The notes under the pieces are model-generated. The model searched no databases. It saw only the letters and a program-made list of their open reading frames with translations, and was not told the origin of the DNA. A DNA stretch of 32,000 nt, from the NCBI GenBank assembly GCA_014529675.2, contig CP076040.1, positions 2,095,894 to 2,127,893 on the forward strand, written 5' to 3'. Positions 10,428 through 19,240 of the stretch are shown here, in pieces. Position 1 is the stretch's first letter. Each line of letters starts with the position of its first letter. Origin of the DNA: Opitutia bacterium ISCC 52. Its GTDB lineage: Bacteria > Verrucomicrobiota > Verrucomicrobiia > Opitutales > UBA2995. Both the position numbers and the translations under genes were made by a program.

Positions 10428-11294
10428 TTATTTAGTCAGGAATGAGGAGATTTCGGGTATCAGCGAATCTCTTTCATCATCCAGAATGTAGTGCCCAGAA
10501 TTCGGGTAAGACAATACCTTCGCATTTGGGAAAATGTTTTTCCATTTCTCGAGAAATAGATCGTTGAAGCAAAAATCTTTAATGCCCCAACCAAGCAAAA
10601 TGGGTTTATTTATTAGTTGAGGTAAAAAGGCTTCGATTTCAGATAACAGCTTGAAAGTTTCGTCACTGGTATCGGTAGGAATATCCTGGACGAATCGCAA
10701 AGTAGCGACCCGGTTTTTCCAGTTATTATACGGCAACAGATAACCGTCTTTTTCTATACTGGTCAGCGGTTTCTTGACTGCCATGCTGACAGCTGATCCC
10801 GCGAATCCGTTAAAGCCCCTGACGATTAAATCACCCAACAAGGGGATGCGACACAGGGCGATGCGTTTGGGAATGCGTGGTAAATAGAACGCGGCGGTGT
10901 TTAAAATAACAATTTTCCTTACTTTCTCTGGCAACGCCATTGCTACGCCCATGCCAATGGCCCCGCCCCAATCATGGACGATCAGGTCGAAAAATTCTAA
11001 GTCCAGCCCCTCAATCCATCTTACCGCATTTTCAATGTGTTGCTTAAGATTATAGGGATAATCTTGAGGCTTATCGGATAATCCGCATCCCATGTGATCC
11101 AAAGCCAAGCATCGGAAATTGCCACGCAAAGATTTGATTACATTTCGGTAATAAAATGACCAAGTCGGATTCCCGTGAAGCATAACGACCGCTCGTCCTT
11201 GGCCTTCGTCAACATAGTTCAGGTGACAATCACCAACAGACGCCTCGTTTTGATCGAAGGGATATTCGGACTGAATGTGCTCTGGTATCTCCAC
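10428..11294 (-). CDS. alpha/beta hydrolase of the haloalkane dehalogenase / OleB family
   Basis: MLHGNPTWSFYYRNVI, aspartate nucleophile elbow LIVHDWGGAIGMG, LNTAAF, C-terminal SGHYILDDE. Aspartate rather than serine nucleophile is typical of this family. Confidence 0.8.
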   Translation of the reverse strand: MEIPEHIQSEYPFDQNEASVGDCHLNYVDEGQGRAVVMLHGNPTWSFYYRNVIKSLRGNFRCLALDHMGCGLSDKPQDYPYNLKQHIENAVRWIEGLDLEFFDLIVHDWGGAIGMGVAMALPEKVRKIVILNTAAFYLPRIPKRIALCRIPLLGDLIVRGFNGFAGSAVSMAVKKPLTSIEKDGYLLPYNNWKNRVATLRFVQDIPTDTSDETFKLLSEIEAFLPQLINKPILLGWGIKDFCFNDLFLEKWKNIFPNAKVLSYPNSGHYILDDERDSLIPEISSFLTK

Positions 11295-11296
11295 TA

Positions 11297-12328
11297 CTAA
11301 AACTGAATGGCTAACATCAAGCTGCTCAATCCACTGCCAATTCCAAGAAGCGCGACTTTATCGCCAACTTGCACCGCTTTATCTTCAACTGCTTTTGCTA
11401 AAGTTAGAGGACATGATACCGAACCTACATTGCCCCATGAAGGATAAGTGATGTAGTCTTTATCCAGGTTTAAATTCAAGGCCTCAAATAACTGTCTTCG
11501 ATGAGCTGAACCTACCTGATGGCATATAAAACGATCGATATCTCCAGCATCCCATTCATTTTCTTCCAGAAATGCCCTCCAGGTTGTTTGGGCCAATTGA
11601 ATTCCGGCCTTTAGAAGCTCTTCCGAATCAGTTAGCATTTGAAGCTCTCCCTGTCCTGAAGCTCCGCCTTCACAAAGTAAATTACTTGCGGAATCGGTTC
11701 TAACGCTACCACCAAGCAGCTGTGGAGTTTCAGGAGCCAGGACCTTTCTGCAAAGAACAGCAGCTACACCGCCGCCACCGATTGTTAAATTTGCAAAATA
11801 AGGCTTAACAGATTTCCGGGTTTGCTCTGGTTTTTTTAGCTCACCAAGCGTCCAATCCATGAGCGACTTTCCGTTTTCACCAGAACAAACCAAGGCTCTC
11901 TCGAGTTGGCCTGATTCAATCATAGAGCCAACCAAGGTCAGTGCATTTAGAAACCCCAGACAGGCATTGGACAAGTCCCAGATTTGGGCTTTGGGGCTCA
12001 TTTCAAGTAATCCATGCACATAAGATGCGGTTGCTGGCTCCATTTTGTCACGGCAGACAGCCGCATGCGCAACCAGGTCGAAACTATCTGTGTCAAAACG
12101 ACTGTTTGCCAATGCAACCTTTCCAGCAGCTGCGCTGATGCTTGATGGCATGGTTTCTACCGGGTAAAAACGTCTTTCCTGGATGCCCGTCATTAATTCC
12201 AGGCGTCCCTTGGGAAGCCGTAATCTTTCGTAAGTTTCGCTCAGCTCTTCTTCAATCGCTTCCGAGCTCAGAACTTCTGGCGGCGTATCATAGGCGATAC
12301 TCTCAATGACTACATTGCTAAAACGCAT
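11297..12328 (-). CDS. thiolase-fold 3-oxoacyl-ACP synthase III family protein, OleA-like
   Basis: Active-site Cys in WDLSNACLGFLNAL (Cys123), HQVGSAHRR, SWGNVGSVS, GDKVALLGIGSGLSS. CRDKMEPATAS (Glu97) carries the OleA-type catalytic glutamate at the same 26-residue spacing from the Cys as E117/C143 in Xanthomonas campestris OleA. Confidence 0.82.
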   Translation of the reverse strand: MRFSNVVIESIAYDTPPEVLSSEAIEEELSETYERLRLPKGRLELMTGIQERRFYPVETMPSSISAAAGKVALANSRFDTDSFDLVAHAAVCRDKMEPATASYVHGLLEMSPKAQIWDLSNACLGFLNALTLVGSMIESGQLERALVCSGENGKSLMDWTLGELKKPEQTRKSVKPYFANLTIGGGGVAAVLCRKVLAPETPQLLGGSVRTDSASNLLCEGGASGQGELQMLTDSEELLKAGIQLAQTTWRAFLEENEWDAGDIDRFICHQVGSAHRRQLFEALNLNLDKDYITYPSWGNVGSVSCPLTLAKAVEDKAVQVGDKVALLGIGSGLSSLMLAIQF

Positions 12329-12331
12329 AAA

Positions 12332-13147
12332 TCAGGATTCCGGTCTCTCCGGACGCATCGCAAGCCTCACCACGTCCTTGTCGAAGTAATTACAATCCAT
12401 GCCGGCATCGACTTTTATATTGCCTCCATTGATACCGCTTGAGCTTGGGCTCAGTAAAAAAACTCCAGCATTTGCCACTTCCTGAGTCTGGACTGCCCTA
12501 CCCCTGAATGTAATTTTTTCTGAATACAAATAGCTCTCCAGGTATCCCGGAATGCCCGCTGAAGCACTCGTCTTTAATAAGCTCGGATTTACAGTATTGA
12601 ATCGTACGTTTGTCGATGAGCTGAATGATTTTGCCAGATACCGCATGGCACCATCGAGCGCTGCCTTTATGGGAGACATATAGCCATAGTTTTCAGCAGT
12701 GACTCGATGTGAGGATATGCCAATCGCAAGAATGGAGGCGTCATCTGTTAGGTTTGACTTAAACGCATTTACGACTTCAACAATGCTAAAGCATGATATT
12801 TGAGTCGCTTGAAGAAAGTCTTCTCTTTTTGTCTCATGGAAAGGTTTTATGCCTTCACTGTAATTGGCGAAAGCAATGGAATGCACAATTCCATTAAGAT
12901 CGGGGAAGTCCTTTGTGACAGCTTCTGCTAAAGCATCTATTTCCTCTTTGTTTTCAACGTCGCATATATAAACCGGTTTACCATGGAGGAGTTTGTTGAG
13001 GCTTTCTTTTCTGGCTTCCGATCTAACGCTATAAATGACCGTAGCACCCTCCTCTTCCAGGGTTTTTGCAATATGGAAAGCTACTGATTTCCGGTTGGCC
13101 ACACCCATTACCAGGATTACCCGGCCTTCTAAGTTTAAAAAGCTCAT
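12332..13147 (-). CDS. enoyl-ACP reductase (FabI-like SDR)
   Basis: [44 protein letters not shown]6-K in [14 protein letters not shown], and ending in [15 protein letters not shown]. Confidence 0.8.
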   Translation of the reverse strand: MSFLNLEGRVILVMGVANRKSVAFHIAKTLEEEGATVIYSVRSEARKESLNKLLHGKPVYICDVENKEEIDALAEAVTKDFPDLNGIVHSIAFANYSEGIKPFHETKREDFLQATQISCFSIVEVVNAFKSNLTDDASILAIGISSHRVTAENYGYMSPIKAALDGAMRYLAKSFSSSTNVRFNTVNPSLLKTSASAGIPGYLESYLYSEKITFRGRAVQTQEVANAGVFLLSPSSSGINGGNIKVDAGMDCNYFDKDVVRLAMRPERPES

Positions 13148-13156
13148 AATCGCAAA

Positions 13157-13594
13157 TTAATCTCCTTCAACTAGAGCGAGCGTGTATTCAAGGTTCAGCG
13201 ACCGTTTGTCTCCATTCTTCACGACTCCTTTGCAGATGAAGAACATCCCCATCTTTTCTTTTATGCTCACCTCGATTGTCAAAACATCACCCGGTCGAAC
13301 CATCTCGCGGAATCTAGCGTTCATAATCTTGCCTAAAACAGGAGTGACTTGTTTGCCTTCGTAATCTCCAGAATACTTCTGTACTAAAAATACAGCAGCG
13401 CTTTGAAAAACTGCCTCGCAGATGATCACACCAGGCATGATAGGGTTTCCCGGGTAGTGTCCTTGAAAAAAGTCGAGGTCTTCGCGAACTGTAAACTGAG
13501 TGATGGCACCATCCTCTCGCATTTCAACAACCTCATCTACAAATAGAAAGGGTGGTCTATGTGGAATGGCTCTTAATACTTCGTCGGATGACAT
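13157..13594 (-). CDS. 3-hydroxyacyl-ACP dehydratase (FabZ-like)
   Basis: IPHRPPFLFVDEVVE; FFQGHYPGNPIMPGVIICEAVFQ with catalytic His and Glu 14 residues apart as in FabZ. Confidence 0.85.
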   Translation of the reverse strand: MSSDEVLRAIPHRPPFLFVDEVVEMREDGAITQFTVREDLDFFQGHYPGNPIMPGVIICEAVFQSAAVFLVQKYSGDYEGKQVTPVLGKIMNARFREMVRPGDVLTIEVSIKEKMGMFFICKGVVKNGDKRSLNLEYTLALVEGD

Positions 13595-13595
13595 A

Positions 13596-15074
13596 TTAAA
13601 CGGCAGCGGAATTAACCGCTTCCTTATTTAGGTTATAGAGAAATTTGTCCATTTTGTTGGCCGTGATAATTCCGTAATTTATAGCACCTAGCCAGCCTGA
13701 CATGATAATGCCTACGGAACCTGCATGATGAAGGCCTGCAATTTGGTCTGGTAAATTCATCGAGACAGGCAGTCCTTCAAATTTAGTTCCAAAACTGGTG
13801 CCCAATGGATGGCGAGTGTAGCTCTCCACCGTTTTTGGAGTCGCAGCTTCAAGGTGGCTAATTTTACTACGCGCATCTGGGATATATTTTTCCAATGCTA
13901 CGACGGATTCCTCTATGATGCGATTCTTATGGAATTCATATTCTTCGTCACTGAGTTTATCCCAGTCTTCAAAAGTGGCGTTAATGGAAGTGACGATGGT
14001 TGTTCGACCGAGTTCCGGTCGGGTATCAGGATAGTAAACTGAAAAAGTACGACTCGTGGTATTAAAATCCACAAGTTCATCGCTACTGAATTCTTCGCTT
14101 TCTGAAGTAAAGACGAGATCTCCTATATCTGGAATTGTCTCTCCTTCTTTTATGCCAATATAGATCTGGCATGAGCTGCTATTTATTCGAACAGGTTCAA
14201 CTTCGTTCAGGTAATCTTCAGAAAAGTGCTCTTCCCCAACTAGACCTTTTATCGTCCCAACGATATTTGCATTAGAAAGGACTGATTTGGTGCGAATGAA
14301 ACGTGTCTCTTCGCTTTTTCGTGAGCGAAGCACCACGCCAGTAATGTGCTTTTCATCGCCTTCCCCTGCTACTTCGATTTTTTCAACCAGGACATTTTTT
14401 CTTAATTCGACACCGTTCGACTTCATTTCTTCGACCATCTTATTTATGAGTACGTCGGTTCCACATTTAAATGTGAAAACGCCTTTGCTCATGAAGTTGG
14501 AGAAGACAATACCGTAGGTGATCGCCGGATCGTTAAGCGTTGATCCATTTGCGTAGGTAATGGGTTCCATCAACAAGCGATGTACATCTTTCCGTCCAGG
14601 GAAGAATTCTTCAAACAAATCGCCCGTCGTTCGATCGTCCTGATCAAAGAAGTCCATTCCTCTGAGGTGATCGTAGAATCCTTCTACATGGTCTCGATCG
14701 ACTCCGAAATGATTCACCAATTTGTCTGTGAAATCAACACGATCAAAGGTGGTCCAAATATTGAATTGCGGATTAATGAATCGCACATTCTTGAGCTGAA
14801 CGATCATGTCAGCGATTTCCTTGGTCCAATATTTTCGGCATGATTTTTTCATGCCGATCGGAAACCCATGAAGCGAAATATCGAAAATGTGTCTACCAGG
14901 GCGTTTAAACCATGTCGCTAATCCACCATATTGATAATGGTGCTCGAGCAGTAGCACTCGATGCCCATTTTTAGCGAGGTAGTTAGCGCCGGACAAGCCG
15001 CCCAAACCGCTACCGATTACGACTGCATCGTATTCGTCTTCAACACCTTCTAACCAGTCTTTTGCCATGTACAA
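13596..15074 (-). CDS. FAD-dependent oxidoreductase, phytoene desaturase/CrtISO/retinol saturase-like (paralog 1)
   Basis: N-terminal dinucleotide-binding [41 protein letters not shown]; C-terminal [29 protein letters not shown]. Confidence 0.78.
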   Translation of the reverse strand: MYMAKDWLEGVEDEYDAVVIGSGLGGLSGANYLAKNGHRVLLLEHHYQYGGLATWFKRPGRHIFDISLHGFPIGMKKSCRKYWTKEIADMIVQLKNVRFINPQFNIWTTFDRVDFTDKLVNHFGVDRDHVEGFYDHLRGMDFFDQDDRTTGDLFEEFFPGRKDVHRLLMEPITYANGSTLNDPAITYGIVFSNFMSKGVFTFKCGTDVLINKMVEEMKSNGVELRKNVLVEKIEVAGEGDEKHITGVVLRSRKSEETRFIRTKSVLSNANIVGTIKGLVGEEHFSEDYLNEVEPVRINSSSCQIYIGIKEGETIPDIGDLVFTSESEEFSSDELVDFNTTSRTFSVYYPDTRPELGRTTIVTSINATFEDWDKLSDEEYEFHKNRIIEESVVALEKYIPDARSKISHLEAATPKTVESYTRHPLGTSFGTKFEGLPVSMNLPDQIAGLHHAGSVGIIMSGWLGAINYGIITANKMDKFLYNLNKEAVNSAAV

Positions 15075-15169
15075 GTGGATGGAATAAAATAAGCCCTTAT
15101 GGGTAAAGGGAAAGTCCTGCCTACGTCAACTGTTCCGCCTGGAAAATAGCGGTTTCTGAAGTTCCGGAG

Positions 15170-16603
15170 TTAGTCTCTGAGTCCGTAGAGATTTGCGACA
15201 GTAATTCCACTGAGCATGGCGCCTACAATTCCGAGGAATCCTTGATCGGTTCCGCAAATGAATAAGTTATCCAGATGAGTCTTGCCCGGTTTATTCTTTA
15301 TAGGCGATCCGTATACGGCTCCCCCTAGTCTGCCAGTGAATTTTGTCACCGTAGTGGGTGTAAACATATCCGTGGCGATCGACTTTGATCGAATGGTCTT
15401 GAATGAGTCTACAGGCAGGAACTTGCACGCGGACTCGCCAATTCTATCAAACCAGCGGGTTTTCTCTAAATAGTATTCTTCTGGTCCCAGCTTTTTCCAG
15501 GTCTCGTAATTTGCCTGAGCGGTAAAACGAATGATTCCTTCGCTTAGTTGCCGTCCATCTGAGTATTCATAGTTGTTAGGCATACAAATGACCCCACTTC
15601 TCGGGTCTACGGCTTCTTTGGGGCATTCAAACTCGAATCGTTCCCAGTCATTAAAGAAAACAATGGTATCTTCAATCCCAAGGTCTCTTGGCTGATCCTT
15701 CAGTATGCTGATGGTCTCCGTGAAGCTCAAACGCCCTACATTCTCCTCTAGCCCTTGTTCAGAATAGCCTTCGCAGATTCGCAACGTTTCCGGCCATCCT
15801 GCACATGAAATAACCTTTTCTGCTGTGATGGTTCGACCATTGTCGAGTTCTAGGCCCGTAACTCGTTGGCTGTCAGAAAAAATCTTTTTAACGCCCAATT
15901 TCATGCATCGCTCTACTCCGGCCTCTTTCATCTTGGCCCTCATAATTCGCATCATGACTCTTATGCCTTCAAAAGGCCGTGCGAATCCCTCGTAGAAAAG
16001 CGATTTGAACAAGATGACGAATTGCCCGAATTCCATGTCCTTCTCTCGTGCATTGCCATAGAACATCAACGGGCAAAAAAGCATGTCTATAAGGACGGGG
16101 TGAGTCAGGCACTCAGCAACCACTGCTCGCGCCGATACATCTGGGTAATCGAGCTCATTGTCATCCCATTCGTTGATCTTAGCTAGTAGCTTTCGAAAAC
16201 CATTCATTTGATCGGGGAACTCCCGTTCGATTTCCGATTCAAGGAAGGCAAATCCGTTTCCGAACTTCAGGTCAATTCCTGGAAATGCAATTCGGGAAAA
16301 TGCCTGCGGATTGAGGTCCAATTCATCGCGAGAAATGCGAAGCTGCCGAATGATCTTACCTAGCGGAGTTCCTTTAACACTGGAAGGTACGTAATTAGTT
16401 AAGGCATGTAGCCCTACATCATAGGCTCGACCTTCAATACTGTAGAAACTGTTGAGCCCTCCTATTACATTGTGACGCTCCAGCAGACATACTGATTTGC
16501 CGAAGTGCGAGAGACGAATGGCAGCGGCCATACCGGACATACCGGCGCCTATTACGACCACATCATAGTGGTCTAGATCAGGTTTCCTTATAGCGAAGTT
16601 CAA
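15170..16603 (-). CDS. FAD-dependent oxidoreductase, phytoene desaturase/CrtI-like (paralog 2)
   Basis: DVVVIGAGMSGMAAAIRLSHFGKSVCLLERHNVIGGLNSFYSIEGRAYDVGLHALTNY; C-terminal LFICGTDQGFLGIVGAMLSGITVANLY. Confidence 0.78.
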   Translation of the reverse strand: MNFAIRKPDLDHYDVVVIGAGMSGMAAAIRLSHFGKSVCLLERHNVIGGLNSFYSIEGRAYDVGLHALTNYVPSSVKGTPLGKIIRQLRISRDELDLNPQAFSRIAFPGIDLKFGNGFAFLESEIEREFPDQMNGFRKLLAKINEWDDNELDYPDVSARAVVAECLTHPVLIDMLFCPLMFYGNAREKDMEFGQFVILFKSLFYEGFARPFEGIRVMMRIMRAKMKEAGVERCMKLGVKKIFSDSQRVTGLELDNGRTITAEKVISCAGWPETLRICEGYSEQGLEENVGRLSFTETISILKDQPRDLGIEDTIVFFNDWERFEFECPKEAVDPRSGVICMPNNYEYSDGRQLSEGIIRFTAQANYETWKKLGPEEYYLEKTRWFDRIGESACKFLPVDSFKTIRSKSIATDMFTPTTVTKFTGRLGGAVYGSPIKNKPGKTHLDNLFICGTDQGFLGIVGAMLSGITVANLYGLRD

Positions 16604-16864
16604 TTAGCTGCCTTGAAGGGCTGCGAACTTCGGCTCGAGGTAATTGGCACAACTATCTAGTGATGCTAGCTCCTGGTAATCGGATTCAGGGACCTCAATG
16701 CCGTGTTGCTTCCGCAGTTCCATCACAATATCCAGAAAATCCATGGAATCTAGTTCCAATTGATCCCTGAGACGCACATCTGGTGAAATGTCAGTAAGGT
16801 CTTCATCGGGAGCGATTTCTGCGATTATCTTTAAAACGATATTCTTGATGTCGTCTTTGGTCAT
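16604..16864 (-). CDS. acyl carrier protein
   Basis: 86 aa acidic protein with phosphopantetheine site LRDQLELDSMDFLDIVMELRK. Confidence 0.88.
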   Translation of the reverse strand: MTKDDIKNIVLKIIAEIAPDEDLTDISPDVRLRDQLELDSMDFLDIVMELRKQHGIEVPESDYQELASLDSCANYLEPKFAALQGS

Positions 16865-16879
16865 TGTCTGTAAATCTAC

Positions 16880-18115
16880 TTAGTCCTGAAACCGGGTCAC
16901 GACAAGCGAAGAATTGATTCCCAGCATGCCAAAAGAGTTGTTGAAAATGGCATCAACTCGGTCCAATTCAACCGGTTCTCCGATTACAAGGTTCCCCACG
17001 TTGCACTGGGGGTCCAACTCGTCAACATTAATTGTAGGATGGACCATTTTATCTATAAAAGCCGGCAAATTTCCTGCTAATTCAAGCGCTCCAGCCGCTC
17101 CCATAGAATGGCCGATAAAGCTCTTTGTGTTGTTAATATAGGTAGAATCACTTTTGCCAAAAACCTCCCCAATCGCCTCACATTCCTGAATATCCCCTTG
17201 CTTCGTAGAAGTGGCGTGCGTGTTAACGATCTGAATGTCCGAACCTTCAATATTTGCGCGTTTCAACGCGGCTCTCATACATTGGGCCTGCCGCTCTGGA
17301 TTAGGTAGAACATAATCGGTGGCATCCGAGTTCAACGCCCAGCCTGAAACCTCCGCTATGATGTTTGCTCCTCGGGCTTTCGCATCATCCAAGCGTTCCA
17401 GGCAATAAAGGCATCCTCCCTCACTCACGACTATGCCATTACGCTCCATGTCGAAGGGTCGACTCGCTTTCGTTGGATCCTCATGCGTTGCCAGTGCATT
17501 CTGGCTTTTGAAGGCGGCAAAAATACCGAAGGTATGAATGCTTTCACTGACGCCACCTCCTAACGCGAAATCGATCTCTTCCAGTTGCAGCATCTGGCAG
17601 GCTTGAATTACCCCGGCATTACCGGCTGCGCATGCGGCGCCTATGGCATAGTGCGGCCCCGTAATCATGAGATTAATTGTGATTTCTCCGGCAGGATTGT
17701 TGGCTACGGTCCGTGGATTATGGTGATGCGTCCAGAATCGTGTATCGTAGTCATATTTGGAGATATTGAAGATTTCATTTTCTGTCTCTACGTTGCCATG
17801 CTCTGTCGCTCCTACATAGACTCCAACTCGGCTCTTATCGAAGGTTTCCCAGTCAATACCCGAATTGGTAATTGCCTCATTAGCACAATAAATTCCTACG
17901 CTTCCAGCGCGGGTGCCAATTCGGACCGCTTTCTTGGTCTGGTACTTCAGTGGATCAAAATCGCATACGCCCGCATGGACGGTGCCCATATAACGGGTTT
18001 CGATATTCTGAATCGTGGAAACCTTGTTCAGCAAGTTGGCACGGTATTCCTCAAGGGTATTTCCATTGGGAGCAGTCAGGCCAATGCCAGTGATAACGAT
18101 TCGATGGTGGGACAT
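16880..18115 (-). CDS. 3-oxoacyl-ACP synthase II (FabF-like ketosynthase)
   Basis: RIVITGIGLTAPNG; Cys-His-His set: IGAACAAGNAG, VNTHATSTKQGD, NNTKSFIGHSMGAAGALE. Confidence 0.87.
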   Translation of the reverse strand: MSHHRIVITGIGLTAPNGNTLEEYRANLLNKVSTIQNIETRYMGTVHAGVCDFDPLKYQTKKAVRIGTRAGSVGIYCANEAITNSGIDWETFDKSRVGVYVGATEHGNVETENEIFNISKYDYDTRFWTHHHNPRTVANNPAGEITINLMITGPHYAIGAACAAGNAGVIQACQMLQLEEIDFALGGGVSESIHTFGIFAAFKSQNALATHEDPTKASRPFDMERNGIVVSEGGCLYCLERLDDAKARGANIIAEVSGWALNSDATDYVLPNPERQAQCMRAALKRANIEGSDIQIVNTHATSTKQGDIQECEAIGEVFGKSDSTYINNTKSFIGHSMGAAGALELAGNLPAFIDKMVHPTINVDELDPQCNVGNLVIGEPVELDRVDAIFNNSFGMLGINSSLVVTRFQD

Positions 18116-18230
18116 AGTGGGATTAAACAGTCGATGTAAGTTAAAGATTTGGGAAATTAAAAGGTTAATATTGCCCGTATAGATACCTTCTGTTCCGATT
18201 CTGCTTCACCTCTCAAATTGGCACTATTTA

Positions 18231-19222
18231 TTGATGAAGATTCTTGTTGTCGGTGGTGCCGGCTATATAGGCAGTCACTGTGTTCGTCAGATTATCTCTG
18301 CAGGCCACCAACCAGTAGTTGTTGATAACCTGGTTTTGGGTCATCGAAAGGCTGTTTCTGGTGATGTTCCCTTTTACCAAGGCGATTTGGGTGATGAAGG
18401 CTTTGTCCTGCCATCCTGGAAAATGAGAAAATAGACATCGTCATGCATTTTGCTGCTTTTGCGGCGGTTGGTGAAAGCGTTCAGGATCCGATGATGTATT
18501 ACCTGAACAACGTAGCTGCTACGATTCATCTGTTAAACTCTATGAAGAAAGCAGGGGTAAACAAATTCATTTTTTCATCAACTTGCGCAACGTTTGGCAT
18601 CGTAGAAGATTTGCCCATCACCGAAAACCACCTTCAGAAGCCGATCAATCCTTACGGTCAGACGAAGCTGGATATAGAGAATTTCCTCAGATCATATGCT
18701 TCATCTACCGATTTCTGATTTGCCGTATTTCGCTACTTTAATGCGGCTGGCGCATCCGAGGATGGATCAATTGGTGAAGATCATGATCCTGAATTCAGCT
18801 TAATCCCCCTCGCGATCCAGTCTGCTATTGGGCAAAGAAGCAGTTTGAAACTATGTGCCAATGATTACCCCACGCCTGATGGCACTTGATTGAGGGATTA
18901 TGTGCATGTCGATGATCTATCCAGTGCCCATATAGCTGCCTTTGAGAAGCTTGAAGAACCAGGTCAGCAGCTCTTTTTCAACCTAGGCATTGGGAAGTCC
19001 TCCTCAGTGAAGGAAGTGATTTCAACAGTAGAAAAAGTGAGTGGCCTAAGCGTTCCATTTGAATATGCGGATCGTCGACCCGGTGATCCTCCGGCCTTTT
19101 TTGCCGATTCGACAATGGCTAACGACATCTTGGGTTGGGAACCCAAATTTCCTGACTTAGAAGCTATCGTAGAAACCGCCTGGAAGTGGAACTCGAGTCA
19201 TCCGGATGGATTTGATGACTAA
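18231..19222 (+). pseudogene. galE: UDP-glucose 4-epimerase (NAD-dependent epimerase) with one frameshift and two in-frame TGA codons
   Basis: [23 protein letters not shown], then a 1-nt deletion at about 18405-18412. The frame continues [23 protein letters not shown]...FSSTCATFG...NPYGQTKLDIE...STDF(TGA 18716-18718)FAVFRYFNAAGASEDG...DYPTPDGT(TGA 18887-18889)LRDYVHVDDLSSAH.... Confidence 0.82.
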
Positions 19223-19240
19223 GACCCTTCTGATGCTGCG

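Noticed and set aside
12332-13147. Reading this SDR as OleD
   Set aside because: [19 protein letters not shown] and the Y-X6-K spacing are FabI traits, whereas OleD is an extended SDR.
15866-16186. Antisense plus-strand ORF of 106 aa inside the CrtI-like gene, and similar antisense ORFs elsewhere (2421-2768, 6168-6500, 17585-18139, 21509-21868, 24350-24925)
   Set aside because: Each lies wholly or almost wholly opposite a strongly supported gene and has a low-complexity or unrecognisable translation. They look like mirror ORFs from codon bias.
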